The notes: generated by a model not told the origin, from the letters alone. DNA of 64,000 nt from an uncultured delta proteobacterium (GCA_963696385.1 CAVOKF010000008.1:608001-672000), one strand, 5' to 3'; counted from the first letter of the stretch, positions 20,883-32,022 are shown. Numbers and translations are program-made.

Positions 20883-21661
20883 TTGAAGCCCGTGATCGCG
20901 ATCGCAATAACAATCAGGAGCGATAGAGCAACGCCCGGCCAGTAGACAGCAGAATTACCATTGAGGGTGCACCATCGGAAGCCATCGATGATGCCGACCA
21001 TTGGATTGAGGGCGTAGATTGACCGCCATTTGGCGGGCACAACGCTGCTGCTAAAGCCGACAGGCGCTGCGTACAAGCCCAATTGCAGCAAGAATGGAAT
21101 GACGAATGCGAAATCGCGATAGCGCACATTCAGAGCAGCAAACCACACGCCAACACTAGCAGCTGTTAGTACAGTATAAACCACAAAAAAGGGTAAACAC
21201 AGTAAACGCCAGCTCGGGACGACGCCGTATGCACCCATGAGGAGCGCGAGTAGGAGGAGTGATATTGCGAAGTCGACGCAGCTAACGACGAGCGCGCTTC
21301 CGGGAATGATAATGCGCGGGAAGTACACTTTGGTAATGAGGTTGGAGTTGGAGACGACGCTATTGCCGCTCTCGCTAAGTCCAGTGCTGAATAGCTGCCA
21401 GGGCAAGAGCCCGCTCAGGACGAGCAGGGGATAAGGCACGCCAGAGGACGGAAATTTACCTAGGCGACCGAAGACAACAGTGAATACGATAGTACTGAGC
21501 GCCGGGCGGATCACCGCCCACGCTATCCCGACGACGGTCTGCTTATATCGGACAGAAACGTCTCGCCAGGCAAGAACGTAGAATAGCTCACGATATCGCC
21601 AAAGGTCTCGGAGATACTGAGTGTCACCCTTGCGGGCCTCGATGATTACGGGCGTGGCCAT
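20840..21661 (-). CDS. wzm: Polysaccharide ABC transporter permease
   Basis: RDVSVRYKQT, LITKVYFPR, YRD, LNPM, ending FSDVI. Confidence 0.92.
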   Translation of the reverse strand: MATPVIIEARKGDTQYLRDLWRYRELFYVLAWRDVSVRYKQTVVGIAWAVIRPALSTIVFTVVFGRLGKFPSSGVPYPLLVLSGLLPWQLFSTGLSESGNSVVSNSNLITKVYFPRIIIPGSALVVSCVDFAISLLLLALLMGAYGVVPSWRLLCLPFFVVYTVLTAASVGVWFAALNVRYRDFAFVIPFLLQLGLYAAPVGFSSSVVPAKWRSIYALNPMVGIIDGFRWCTLNGNSAVYWPGVALSLLIVIAIAITGFNYFRATEQGFSDVI

Positions 21662-22069
21662 ATTTGGAGCGACTAGCCAGTAGCATGGTTACGCCATTTT
21701 TTGTCGATCGCGACCACTGCCCAGGGGAGGGCTGAAGCGATATGGGCCACGCGACAAGGGCAGTAAATAGTTCGCGCAGCCAACTTTGTGCCGCAAAGCC
21801 TTCGATTCCGTTTTTGGCGTAAGAATGCGGTATGGAGCGACAAGCGGAGACCGCGCTAGCCGTTGCGACGAGCGGCACGCCGTGGCGCCGCGCCCAAGCG
21901 CGACCCACCACCCGACCGTGCCGGTCACGAACGTCGGCATCCGCACACCCAGGCACCCCGTTGTACCGACCCGCGCGAGCGCGGACAGTTTGTCCCAGGA
22001 TAAATTTAGTTCGCTCGCAACCAGATTGGTTCGTTCCCCAGCGCGCCATGCCCTGAACGGTCGGACTCT

Positions 22070-24424
22070 TTATGGCCGTTGCGCTAGTATATCCATCGCT
22101 GGAGCCGACTTGCGCACGCCCTCAAGCACCATAGCCATCTCACGTATCCGCGTCTCTGGATCGCTGAGAGCGCGCCCGCGAACTCTCCCCGCAGCGGACA
22201 GAGCCAAGCGCCGGTCCACGCCGTCGATGAGCTGATTCAGTGCGGACGCGACCGCTTCGGCTTCAGGCGGGACGAGGATTCCGCATGCTTCGTTGACGAT
22301 ATCACGACACCCTCCCATGTTCGTGCCAACTACCGGGAGCCCGGCAAGAAGTGCTTCCACAAACACCTGGCCAAAAGGCTCTGGTGCGACGTTCGGCTGG
22401 CAGTGAATATCCGCGGCAGCCATGAGCGCCGGCACATCGTTTCGCTGACCCAAGAACGTTACCCGCTCTGAGAGGCCGAACCTTTCCACGAGCTCCCATA
22501 GCTCTCGTTCATAGCGGACTTCACTCGGCCGTTGCGCACCTCCCGCAACCCAACAAAGCCACCGAGGATTAGCACGCAGCCGCGCCAAGGCTTCGATGAG
22601 AAGACGCTGGCCTTTCCACGGCTGCATGCGCGCAGCGTTGATAATGACGACTTGGTCGGGCGCAACCCGATGTGACGACCGTACCCGAATGCGGGGGCCT
22701 CCTCCGTTCGGCTCGAACTCGCTCGGTGGGAAAACGGCCTTCCGAGGGACCGTCGGAAACATCCAGCGCCCAGCAGCTGCCACGAAAGCCGTGTAGCAAA
22801 GAACGAGGTCCGGCGGAGTGAGGCTTGCCCAACGATCAAGCCAGCTGTGAGGATCGGGAACATCGTGCATGTGAAACACAAGTCGCGAGCCCATCTGTCG
22901 CGCAATCGGCGCGAAAAGCAAGTGCGACCAAGACGAGTGAGATACGACGACGTCGTAGTGCTTGGCCAGGAGCTTCTCCCTAAAATTTCGTCGCACGGAC
23001 GCGATAGTTTTTGGGAAACGCACCCGCGCGGAACCTAGCATATACAGAGGTACGCTGGCCTCGCGAAGCTCCCGGGCGATTCTGCCCTCAAAACAAAGTG
23101 CGAATTCCATGCGTACAGACGGCGCGTACGCACGGTTCCGCGCCAAGGTGCACAGATACTTTTCGATGCCGCCCCACAGGTTACCACTGTGCGCATGCAG
23201 AACGCTCATCGGCTCGGCAGCGGGAAAGGGGTCGCTATGCCTCGGTCGTGCCCCGTCTTCGGTCCGCCGACTCCCGAGTTTGCAACCGTTCGATACCGCG
23301 CATCCAGACGCTTTGGAATGCGTCACGCTCGCCAAACTAGCCGCAAAGTCTCGCATGCGCTCCGCGACGTTGCAAATCTCACGCGCGCGCGCGGGTGCGG
23401 CCATCGACAACGTCGCCCGTCTGTCCGCGCCGTCGATCAGGTCCTGCAAAATCGCCGATAAGGCGTCCGGCTCCGGCGGCACGACGATTCCGCTCGCTTC
23501 GGTTACAATCTCGAGAGCCGCCCCCATGGCTGTCGTGACGACCGGCAACCCTGCGGCAAGCGCCTCAACAAATACGATTCCGAATGGTTCGGGCCGTGCG
23601 TTTGGCTGACAGAAGAGATCGGCAGCGCTCATGAGCGCGGGGACGTCATCGCGCTGACCGAGCAGGTTCACGCGACCTTCGAGGCCGAGACGGCTGACCA
23701 TGGAACGCAACGCGCGTTCGTACGGAATCTCCGACGGCCTCTGAGCACCACCAGCAATCCAGCATACCCAAGGCGGGTCCGGGCGCAGCTTCGCCAGCGC
23801 TTGCAGTAAAAGGCCGTGTCCTTTCCACGACTGCATTCGACTTGCCTGCAGGATCACAACCGCGCTCGGAGGCGTCCCCAACGATGCCCGAACTTCATTG
23901 CGAGTCGAAGAGGCGCTGATTGTTTCGAGCGAAACAGGATACCGAAGTACGGACCGAGGGGCGGATCGAAAGAGCCACGAGCCGGCGCGCGACGTAAAAG
24001 CGCTGTTGGCGATGACGAGATCCGGGGCCCTTTGGCTGGCCGCCCAGAGGTCCGGCCACGCGCGCTCATTCGGCACATCGTGCATGTAATACACAAGCGG
24101 CACCGACAATTCGCGTACGACCGGGCCAAAGAGCGCATAAGGCCAAGATGAATGGCATACGACGACATTGAAGTGAGCCTTGCGCAGCAGTCGTCGAAGC
24201 GCTTGCTGGGCCGCGAACACACTACGAGGCGCGCGCACGCGTGCCTCCCCCAAGAGGTGCACGCTAGCACCCGCTGCGCGCAGCTCGCACCCGAGCCGCC
24301 CGTCGAAGCAAAGTGCGAACTCCGCGCTCATCTCCGGCGTCTCAGAGCGGTACTGCGCCAGGGTTCGGAGAAAGGTCTCTACCCCTCCGTACAAGTTGCC
24401 GCTGTACACATGCAACACTCGCAT
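22070..24424 (-). CDS. Tandem double GT4 glycosyltransferase
   Basis: Two paralogous GT4 units, each starting LH(V/A)xSGNLxGG and containing RMQxWKG and PEPFGxVFVEAL. The ORF is open up to 24562. Confidence 0.88.
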   Translation of the reverse strand: MRVLHVYSGNLYGGVETFLRTLAQYRSETPEMSAEFALCFDGRLGCELRAAGASVHLLGEARVRAPRSVFAAQQALRRLLRKAHFNVVVCHSSWPYALFGPVVRELSVPLVYYMHDVPNERAWPDLWAASQRAPDLVIANSAFTSRAGSWLFRSAPRSVLRYPVSLETISASSTRNEVRASLGTPPSAVVILQASRMQSWKGHGLLLQALAKLRPDPPWVCWIAGGAQRPSEIPYERALRSMVSRLGLEGRVNLLGQRDDVPALMSAADLFCQPNARPEPFGIVFVEALAAGLPVVTTAMGAALEIVTEASGIVVPPEPDALSAILQDLIDGADRRATLSMAAPARAREICNVAERMRDFAASLASVTHSKASGCAVSNGCKLGSRRTEDGARPRHSDPFPAAEPMSVLHAHSGNLWGGIEKYLCTLARNRAYAPSVRMEFALCFEGRIARELREASVPLYMLGSARVRFPKTIASVRRNFREKLLAKHYDVVVSHSSWSHLLFAPIARQMGSRLVFHMHDVPDPHSWLDRWASLTPPDLVLCYTAFVAAAGRWMFPTVPRKAVFPPSEFEPNGGGPRIRVRSSHRVAPDQVVIINAARMQPWKGQRLLIEALARLRANPRWLCWVAGGAQRPSEVRYERELWELVERFGLSERVTFLGQRNDVPALMAAADIHCQPNVAPEPFGQVFVEALLAGLPVVGTNMGGCRDIVNEACGILVPPEAEAVASALNQLIDGVDRRLALSAAGRVRGRALSDPETRIREMAMVLEGVRKSAPAMDILAQRP

Positions 24425-24455
24425 TTGGGGTCGCCCGAACGCGACTCGGTTTTCG

Positions 24456-25725
24456 TCACCGCATTGCACTGGGAGCTGGCGTACGCCTCGACCGTCCATA
24501 TTCTTGAAGAATGCGCTTGGGCTCACGATACCTCCCCGGCGGTTTCGTGTAGAGTAGACCACGCGCGTCGTGTCCGTTGCGTCCCTCGAGCACGCACGCG
24601 TAAGTCTCCAAGGAGCGACGCGCCATCAACGTGTCGTCAAAATCTCGACGCGCGACCGCGGCTCTGGCGAGTCGACCGCGCAGACCGGGCTCATCGAGGA
24701 GGCGACGCGAGGCAGCTGCAAACGTATTGGGGGCTTCAAGGGGAACGGTGAGCCCGGTCTCGCCGCTGCGAGAGACCCATGGGACCCCCGAGCCGGGAAT
24801 GGCCGTGTTGATGACCGGGCATCCGCTTGCCATTGCGTCGACCTGAGCCAGACCAAAGCCCTCGCTCCTCGCATTGCTGGCAAACCAAAACGCAGTTGCA
24901 GCACGGTACGCGCCGATCAGCTTGACGCGGTCGGAATAACCAGTTCCATCTAACCCGCCCGGTAACGCGCCGCTCGACGGCCCGCGCGCGAAGGTTTCTC
25001 TCCATAGGCCTGATGCCGATAACGAAAAGACGCCCTGGCCGCTGCGCCAAGGCATCGATCGCCGTCGTCAAACCCTTGTAGCAAACGAGGCGAGCTACCA
25101 CGAGCCAGGAAAGCTCGCCGACCGTGGCTCGCAGGCGCGCGGCGGCCTCCTCGACCTCAGCCGTGTGGCTCAAAAAGGGCGCAAGGTCGAGACCAAGCGG
25201 CAATGCGCGAACCTTGTCGCCAAGCTGCAGCAGCATCGGAGAACCCGCAAAATACGCCTCACTGTCCGACAGGACGAACGCGGTCCGTTCATGCACCCGT
25301 CGTTCGACCGGATCAAACACACGCCCGAGGACGCGCTGTTTGATCACGTCGCTGTTGTGGGTCACGATGAGAGTCGAAAACGAGGGCAACGCAGCGAGCG
25401 CCAAAAACATCGTTTGGTTTGGCGCGTGGACGTGGATAATGTCGTATCCTTGATCCCGCAGTCTCCACAATACCCTCGGTAACGACGGACAGATATCGAC
25501 CCGGAAAAACGATGCGCATCGACCGAACCGTGTCACACGAACGCCCTCGTCCCACTCTTCGACGATTGGCGTCGACCCGAATCGTTGCCGGCTACGTCCC
25601 TGTTCACGGTGCTCCGGTGGTTCACGCACACTACGCGGACGGTTGCGCCCAGCCGGACCTGCGCACCGGCAAGCGTCTGAACGTGACTCTGGACACCGCC
25701 CGGAGCGGCAAATGCCAAGCGTCAT
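24456..25725 (-). pseudogene. Frameshifted GT4, paralogue of the N-terminal unit of 42671-45148
   Basis: Pieces in three frames: GGVQSHVQTLA; HVHAPNQT...THNSDVIKQRVLG; RSEGFGLAQVDAMASG. Has a 5' deletion relative to 42671. Confidence 0.85.
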
Positions 25726-26084
25726 CGGGAAGTGCGTCGACGCGGGACGACGACCTGACGCGTCGGGCTTGACGGCGTCGGCGCGGGAGGCCCTTGCACG
25801 GCCAACCGGCGTCGTCCCCGTCATTGCGGCACCGTTCCGTTGCAGCATGGCAGCTCTTTTACCACGGCATCGACGCTTCGGGGGGTTGTCCCGTCCTGAG
25901 GACACTTGCAATTGGCGTCGGCGCTACGCTCGCGTCCGCTGCCGGGAGGGAATGCCGCGGAGTGACCTTACGCGACCTTCTTCTCGGTGGCCATCGCAAT
26001 GGTGGCCTTGCGTAGGGCCGGCATCGGAAAGGCATGTTCCTGTAGCCCTTGACGCCGCGGAATCCCTTTTTGGAACGCCGCGGT

Positions 26085-26228
26085 CGGAACTGTAGGGTAG
26101 AGGCTGAGCCCGCCACAGTGGAAGTAGATGGCGTTCGTAAAGTCGTTTTGACTTCGGTAGTCACACGGTCGCTTCTTGATCGTCTTGATGGCGGAATTGA
26201 TGCCTCCGCTGACGGGGTTGGTCACTAT
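26085..26228 (-). mobile_element. ISL3 transposase C-terminal fragment
   Basis: TNPVSGGINSAIKTIKKR...FTNAIYFHCGGLSLYP. Confidence 0.7.
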
Positions 26229-26229
26229 T

Positions 26230-27030
26230 CGATTCCGAGGCTCTCAGGTCGCGGTCCCCCCCGTAGACGCGAAGCTCGTCCCGGGCCGTACGCAGCGTTC
26301 AAGCCAGCCGCGTAGCGCGCGCTCGCGTCGAGCGCGGTCAAGTCGTCCTCGCTCATGACCCCCATGGGCACGAGCGATACCGGCCGGTCCCCCGGCGCCC
26401 GCTTGTCCTGGCTATCGAGCCGCCACGCCCACCACCGCAGGGTCGTTGCCAGAACGCCGAGCTTCCGCGCGAAAGCCCCGCCCGATTCGCCACTCCGTCG
26501 CCATTGCCTAATGCGGGGGTACAAGGGTTCGACGCGACGGTTTTGGTCCAGCAACTTGCGTCGGCTGGCCTGCGCAGAGAAGGCGGCGGCCTCGTCCAAG
26601 CCAAGCCTTCGAATGGTGCGCGTGGTGCCCCGTTCAACGTCCTCGGACGCGAGTGTCGAGGTCATCGTGGGAGCGGCACGGGTGGTCGTGAACCGCGGTT
26701 TCGATGGTGGACTGTTGCGGGAAGTGATTGCGGCCCTGCAGGGGGCGGGAGCCGACGCGGCTAACCGACGAGGAGATGCGACAGCACATCGCCTCGCTGC
26801 GGGCGGAGCTCGAGCTCGCCACGAAGACCACTCAGCTCGATCGCGTTGCGATCCAGCTCGATCGCGTCACTGCCGAGCGCGATAAGTCGCGTCGAGCCTA
26901 GCTCAAGGAGCAGCTGGAACTTCTGCGTCGCCGCATCTTCGTCGCCAAGGCCGAGCGCATCGACTCCACCCAGCTCGAGATGGAGTTTGGTGTGCTTTCG
27001 GCAAGGATGCGTGAGTTTGGGGTCGTCGGC
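26230..27030. mobile_element. Jumbled IS66 TnpA/TnpC fragments on both strands
   Basis: Minus strand WRRSGESGGAFARKLG...LRWWAWRL; plus strand VEVIVGAARVVVNRGFDGGLLREV and LKEQLELLRRRIFVAKAERID. Confidence 0.65.
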
Positions 27031-27062
27031 CGGTAGCCTCGCCCACGGAGGCGAGGTGCGAA

Positions 27063-27461
27063 ATGGGCGGACGAGGACACGGCGGGACGACTCTGGAAGC
27101 GGTCCGCGAGCGAATCTCGCGCTGGCGGGCCGAGCGGGGCGGACCGGGCATTCCGCTGCCCGAAGAGATCTGGTCGGAGGCCGTCGAGATGGCCCGCGTG
27201 CACGGCGTGAAGGCGGTGGCGCAGGTTCTGCGCGTCGATCGGGATCGTCTTGCTGCGCGACTTGCGCGAGCGGATGACACCGTGCACGTGGGGGGAGCTT
27301 CTCAGGCGTTCGTCGAAGTCAACGCGAGCGGCTTGTGCACGACGGCGAAGACGGTCGTCCGCCTCGAAAGAGGCGGTGGGGATCGAGTCGAGCTCGAGCT
27401 CGGCGGCGCTCCCCTCGACGTTCTTGCGCTCGCGCATGCGTTTTGGAATCGGCGCGGATGA
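27063..27461 (+). CDS. IS66 accessory protein TnpA-like
   Basis: WRAERG...LPEEIWSEAVEMAR...FVEV; stop overlaps the tnpB start. Confidence 0.7.
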   Translation: MGGRGHGGTTLEAVRERISRWRAERGGPGIPLPEEIWSEAVEMARVHGVKAVAQVLRVDRDRLAARLARADDTVHVGGASQAFVEVNASGLCTTAKTVVRLERGGGDRVELELGGAPLDVLALAHAFWNRRG

Positions 27462-27662
27462 TCCAGCTCGCCCCCCAGATGCGTCTTCTCGTGGCGATCG
27501 CACCCGCCGACTTCCGCCGCGGGATCGACGGGCTTGTGCGTGTGTGCCGAGAATCGCTCGGCGCCGATCCATTCTCCGGCACCGTGTTCGTGTTTCGCAA
27601 TCGTCGCGGGACGGCGATCAAGATTTTGGCATACGATGGTCAGGGCTTTTGGCTCTGCCAAA
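27458..27662 (+). pseudogene. tnpB: IS66 TnpB accessory protein, truncated
   Basis: DFRRGIDGL...DPFSGTVFVFRNRR...KILAYDGQGFWLCQ, then similarity ends abruptly. Confidence 0.85.
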
Positions 27663-27715
27663 ACCAACTGTCTTCATACTGCACCTCCTGCGATTTGATC
27701 TGAGGACCTTCATAA

Positions 27716-30164
27716 TTATTTCCCTGATGCACGCAATAACGCGGCTCTGTCCGTGAGTCGATCCCATCGGCTGCTGAGCTTTGCCGGCCGACTCGTCGGC
27801 TCCTCGTAAAGCCACGCGTGGCCATTGTACGCATGCGCCTTGACGATGCCGTGTTGCACCCAGCTCGTGAGAGTGGCTTCGTGGATCCCGAGACGAGCAG
27901 CGAGTTCCTTTTTGGTAAGTAGCCCCCGCGCGCGCAGACGATCGCGTCGCAGGTGGAGACCATAGGCGTGGACGATGTACTGCACCAGCAAGGCGGTGAA
28001 TCGCGCGCCGCCTTTGCCGGGGCGGGCCGCGCCACCAGGACGAAGCCCGCGTGCGTTGAGGATCTCGGCGATCTCGGCGTACAGATGATCGTCCAACAGC
28101 CGATCGACGAGCTCTACGATCGCGGTAGGGGTCTTGACTTTCTCGCAGGAGGGCTTCGGATTCAGGGTCGTAAGCGTAGTGGTTTGGCCGCCTCTGAAAC
28201 GGATATGGACCTTCGTGGTCCCATCGCACGGCAGCTTCACAAGGGTCGCGTCCTCGATGACGTAAGCGAGCATGCGCTTGCGCTCGCGGTTCGGCGTCGC
28301 CGGGTCCGACCACAGTTGCTTGAAGTCCGTCGTCATCGCCACGAGCCGCTCGCGAATCGCGTCGTCGATGACAATTTGATCCTCGCGTCGTAGGCGCTCT
28401 CGCTCGTCTCTTGCCTTCGCCAGGGTGCGAAGCTTCTCGTTCCAGTCCGCCTCGAGCGTGTCGGCAACGAGGCGGTTACCTGGGTCGACCATCATGAAGC
28501 GGCGCTGTGCGAGGTCGGCGTTGACCTGCGCTCGCTCGATCGCGCGACATCGCAGTTGGCTTCGTCGTATTCTAGATTCGATCTCTTTACGAATTTCGAG
28601 CGCCAATTCAATTGCGGCCGGAGTCATCTTCTCGACCAGCAGCGCGCCGACGGCTTCGTCGACCGGGGTCCCTGCGAGAGATTGACAGTGAGGCTGTCCG
28701 CGCGCATCGGTGGTGCGATCGCACACGTACCAGGACTCGAGCTTGCCTCGTACGTCCCTGTAGCGCGCACGCAGATGCTGCCCGCATCGTCCACAGACCG
28801 CGCGCCCCTGCAGGAGCGCGATGCCCTTGCGAGGCGGCGATGCGCGCGCGGCGTCGTACTCGTGACCATTCGAGGCGAGCAGTCTGAGATTCTCCTGATA
28901 GCGATCCCAGGTGATATACCCCGGATGGGCGTTCGGAATGCACCCATGCCAGTCGCTCTCCGCGCGCTTTCGGTAAGTCTTCTTCCCCTCGATCGTGCGG
29001 ACCGATAAACGCCGTCCGTAGGTATAGGCGCCGGCATATCGCGGATTGCGGAGAGTCCGCATCGCCGCCGACGCAGTGAGCGGGCGGAAGATCACTTCCG
29101 AAGCTGGCCCGCGGAGGCGTGACGGGAAGCGAGGCTTCTCGTGCCGGAACGCTTTCACCGTCTGATGCGCCGAGCCGACGCGCGCGAAGGTCTCGAAGAA
29201 GTGAACGATCGTCTCCCGTACCTGCACGTCCGGATCGAGGACAACGGCACCCGTCTCGTCGTAGGCGAAACCGGTTGGCAGGACACATCGATACTCCCCC
29301 CGCCGCACCTTGTCCAGAATCCCGCCGCGCAATCTTGCCTTCAGGACGTGAAGCTCCGCTTCGCTCATCGTTCCCTTGTGTCCAAGAAGGAGACGATCGT
29401 TGAAGTTCGTCGGATCGTACACACCGTCCTCGTCAAGGATAAGCGTGTTCGCGCAGAGCGCCGATCTCGAGTGTTGCCGTGCGCGCTATTTGCACCAATC
29501 TCCACCGGTCTGGATGATCGCGAATTACGCAATGCCATGCGAACGTCGCGGTGGGTAATTTGAAACGATCTCCGGACGATCCATGGGGCTACCGCGCCGA
29601 AGGGCGACATCGCGTGCCTGAGGCAACGGCGGCTTGGTTTGCTCGTCTTCGGGTGCCGTTCCGGGCACCCTACGACCGAGCGCTTGAAAATCGGCGCGGT
29701 CACCGTCGTTTCCGACGTTCGCTGCGCGCCCACTTTTGCGCACTCTGCGTGATCCCGATCACTCGGCTGCGCGATCCTTTGGATCACCAAGCGGGCGCGA
29801 AATCGGATGCAGATCGACCAACCAGTGCAGGCGTTAACACGCAACGATGCCAGTCGGCGTTGTTTCTCGCAAGCCTCGAGACCTCGAGGCCCATCACGAT
29901 GCCGGCGCGACCGAGTCCGACATCCGTCACGAGCCTCCGAAATCCTTCGCGCCATGCCGCAGATGCACCCGACTCTCCTTGGTCGGAATCGATGACAACG
30001 ATCCGGTCGTCGGCCCATCCGATCGCTGTCGCGCGAGCGCGAAGTGCGCATTGCCGCTTGGTACTCTCGACGTTCTCTATTACCTGCTTCATCGAGGACT
30101 GTCGGATATACAGATATGCGTGACGCTCAAGGTGTTGCGATTGAACTTTGCGTGATTCGTTCAT
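27716..30164 (-). pseudogene. Large serine recombinase, interrupted
   Basis: N-terminal AYLYIRQSS...EVSRLARNNADW (30164-29845); C-terminal DRLLLGHKGTMSEAE, NPRYAGAY and zinc ribbon CGRCG. Split by an insertion. Confidence 0.88.
29472..29839. mobile_element. About 368-bp insertion with TGTT...AACA ends (MITE-like or IS remnant)
   Basis: Sits between recombinase codons WHR and LEI. Begins TGTTGCCG and ends CGTTAACA. Confidence 0.55.
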
Positions 30165-30380
30165 GAAACCTCCGCTGGGTGGATCTCATCGCCATCTCGG
30201 CGAAGAGGCGAATGACGGCGCGCTGCTCGCCATCGGCGGTCGACGTCGCAAAGAAAGATGACGTCGGCCGCAAGGGCGTGCTCGGGACGGCCGCCGCCTG
30301 GGCCCATCCCCACATACCTCGTCGAAGAAAAAGAGCGAGGCCGCTCCTCGCGTCGAGGGGCAGCCCCTCGCCGAGCTTCT
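30161..30380 (-). pseudogene. Small accessory gene of the recombinase element, 5'-truncated
   Basis: ARSGLALFLRRGMWGWA abuts the recombinase start; upstream it is joined to an IS66 TnpC piece (MIAVMHYGAGVPFHRLEKL). Confidence 0.5.
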
Positions 30381-30432
30381 CGAGTCGATGGAAGGGAACG
30401 CCCGCGCCGTAGTGCATCACGGCGATCATGCA

Positions 30433-30556
30433 GCGGCGACAACGGCCGCGTGAACAAGTCCACCGCGGTCCTCGCAGCCCGAACGCGGCCGGCTCCCCGT
30501 CTACCCGTAGTCGACCCCGCACGCGAAGGTCACGACGGGATCGCCCGGACGCCTAC
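30433..30556 (+). mobile_element. IS66 right-end remnant
   Basis: 30433-30487 is nearly identical to 10480-10534, and the segment ends CGGACGCCTAC (IS66-type terminus). Confidence 0.6.
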
Positions 30557-30618
30557 CCCTGGACGTTAGGTGGCAGCCGTGGCACACAAGCGGCCGCGGA
30601 AGCCACGAGGAGGCATCG

Positions 30619-31861
30619 GTGACGAAGGCGTACTCAGAAATCGCAGTTTGCAGGCTCAGTGGCAGCCGAAATCTAACGCCAGTGCTAAATCTCGGGCAAC
30701 AGGCGCTTACTGGAATCTTTCCACGGACCCCTGAGGAGATCGTAACGGAAGGCCCGCTCGAGCTAGTCTGGTGCGCCGATAGTGGGCTCTTGCAACTGCG
30801 GCATTCGTATTTGCCAGAGGAGATGTATGGCGATAACTATGGATATCGCTCCGGACTAAATCAGTTCCATGGTCGCTCACTTGACTCAAAAGGCGGCGTT
30901 TCTGGAGCGCCTGGCAGCGCTGAGGAGCGGCGATGTTGTTCTTGACATTGGCAGTAATGACAGCACGTTGTTGCGATCTTATTCTCGCACTCATCTGCGC
31001 AAAATCGGAATCGATCCAACCGGAGCCAAATTTCGGGAATATTACCCCGACGACGTACTCTTGGTGCCGGAATTTTTCTCGGTCGATGCCTATCGTCGTG
31101 TATCGTCGACGCAGGCAAAGGTCGTCACATCCGTGGCAATGTTCTATGATTTGGAGAACCCAGTCTCGTTCGCACAGCAGGTGGCGTCGGTGCTTGCGTC
31201 GGATGGACTCTGGCACTTCGAGCAAAGTTACATGCCGTCGATGCTTCGGATGAATTCATATGATACCATTTGTCATGAGCATTTGGAATATTATTCACTC
31301 GGGGTCGTTATTAAAATATTGGCGGCCGCCAGTCTCGAACCTGTGGACGTCGTTATGAATGCGGTGAACGGTGGCAGCTTCGCTGTAACAGCGACGCACA
31401 AGGCCAACAAGAGCATCCCGCGCAATTGGACTGTCGTAGACTGGCTTCTTCATCAGGAAGATAGAATGGGGCTCAATACTCCGCGACCGTACCGCGACTT
31501 CGAGGAGCGGGTATTCCGTCATCGACATGATTTGACGCGCCTAATTCGGACCCTTGTTGCGGACAAGAAAACGATCCTCGGGTATGGCGCTTCGACCAAA
31601 GGCAACGTCGTGCTTCAATTTTGCTCATTGGGACCGCAAGAGATTCCTGCTATTGCTGAGATGAATCCAGACAAGTTCGGACACGTTACGCCCGGCACCC
31701 ATATCCCAATTGTTCCGGAGGCCGACGCGCGAAAAATGAAGCCTGATTACTTTCTAGTCCTTCCGTGGCATTTTAAGGAGGGCATTCTACATCGGGAACG
31801 AGAATATCTGGCTGACGGCGGACGCATGATTTTTCCATTCCCGGAAATAGAAATAATCTAA
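30619..31861 (+). CDS. NDP-hexose C-methyltransferase (one +1 frameshift at about 30866)
   Basis: CRLSG...LGQQALTG, YGYRSG, LDIGSNDS, YDTICHEHLEYY, GYGASTKGN, PGTHIPI, LPWHF. Confidence 0.85.
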
Positions 31862-32022
31862 TGCACGAGCGTGTCCTTAGTATCCCGTTGCGCCTCGTGA
31901 GCTTTGAGACTTATCTGGGGAATACGCCCGCACCTTCTTGAAATCGCGAAGTAGCAGCTCGGGCGCAACGCATGTCGTCGTCAGAACAGCCTCAGTGTCC
32001 GGGTGACCCCGAACGGATATGG

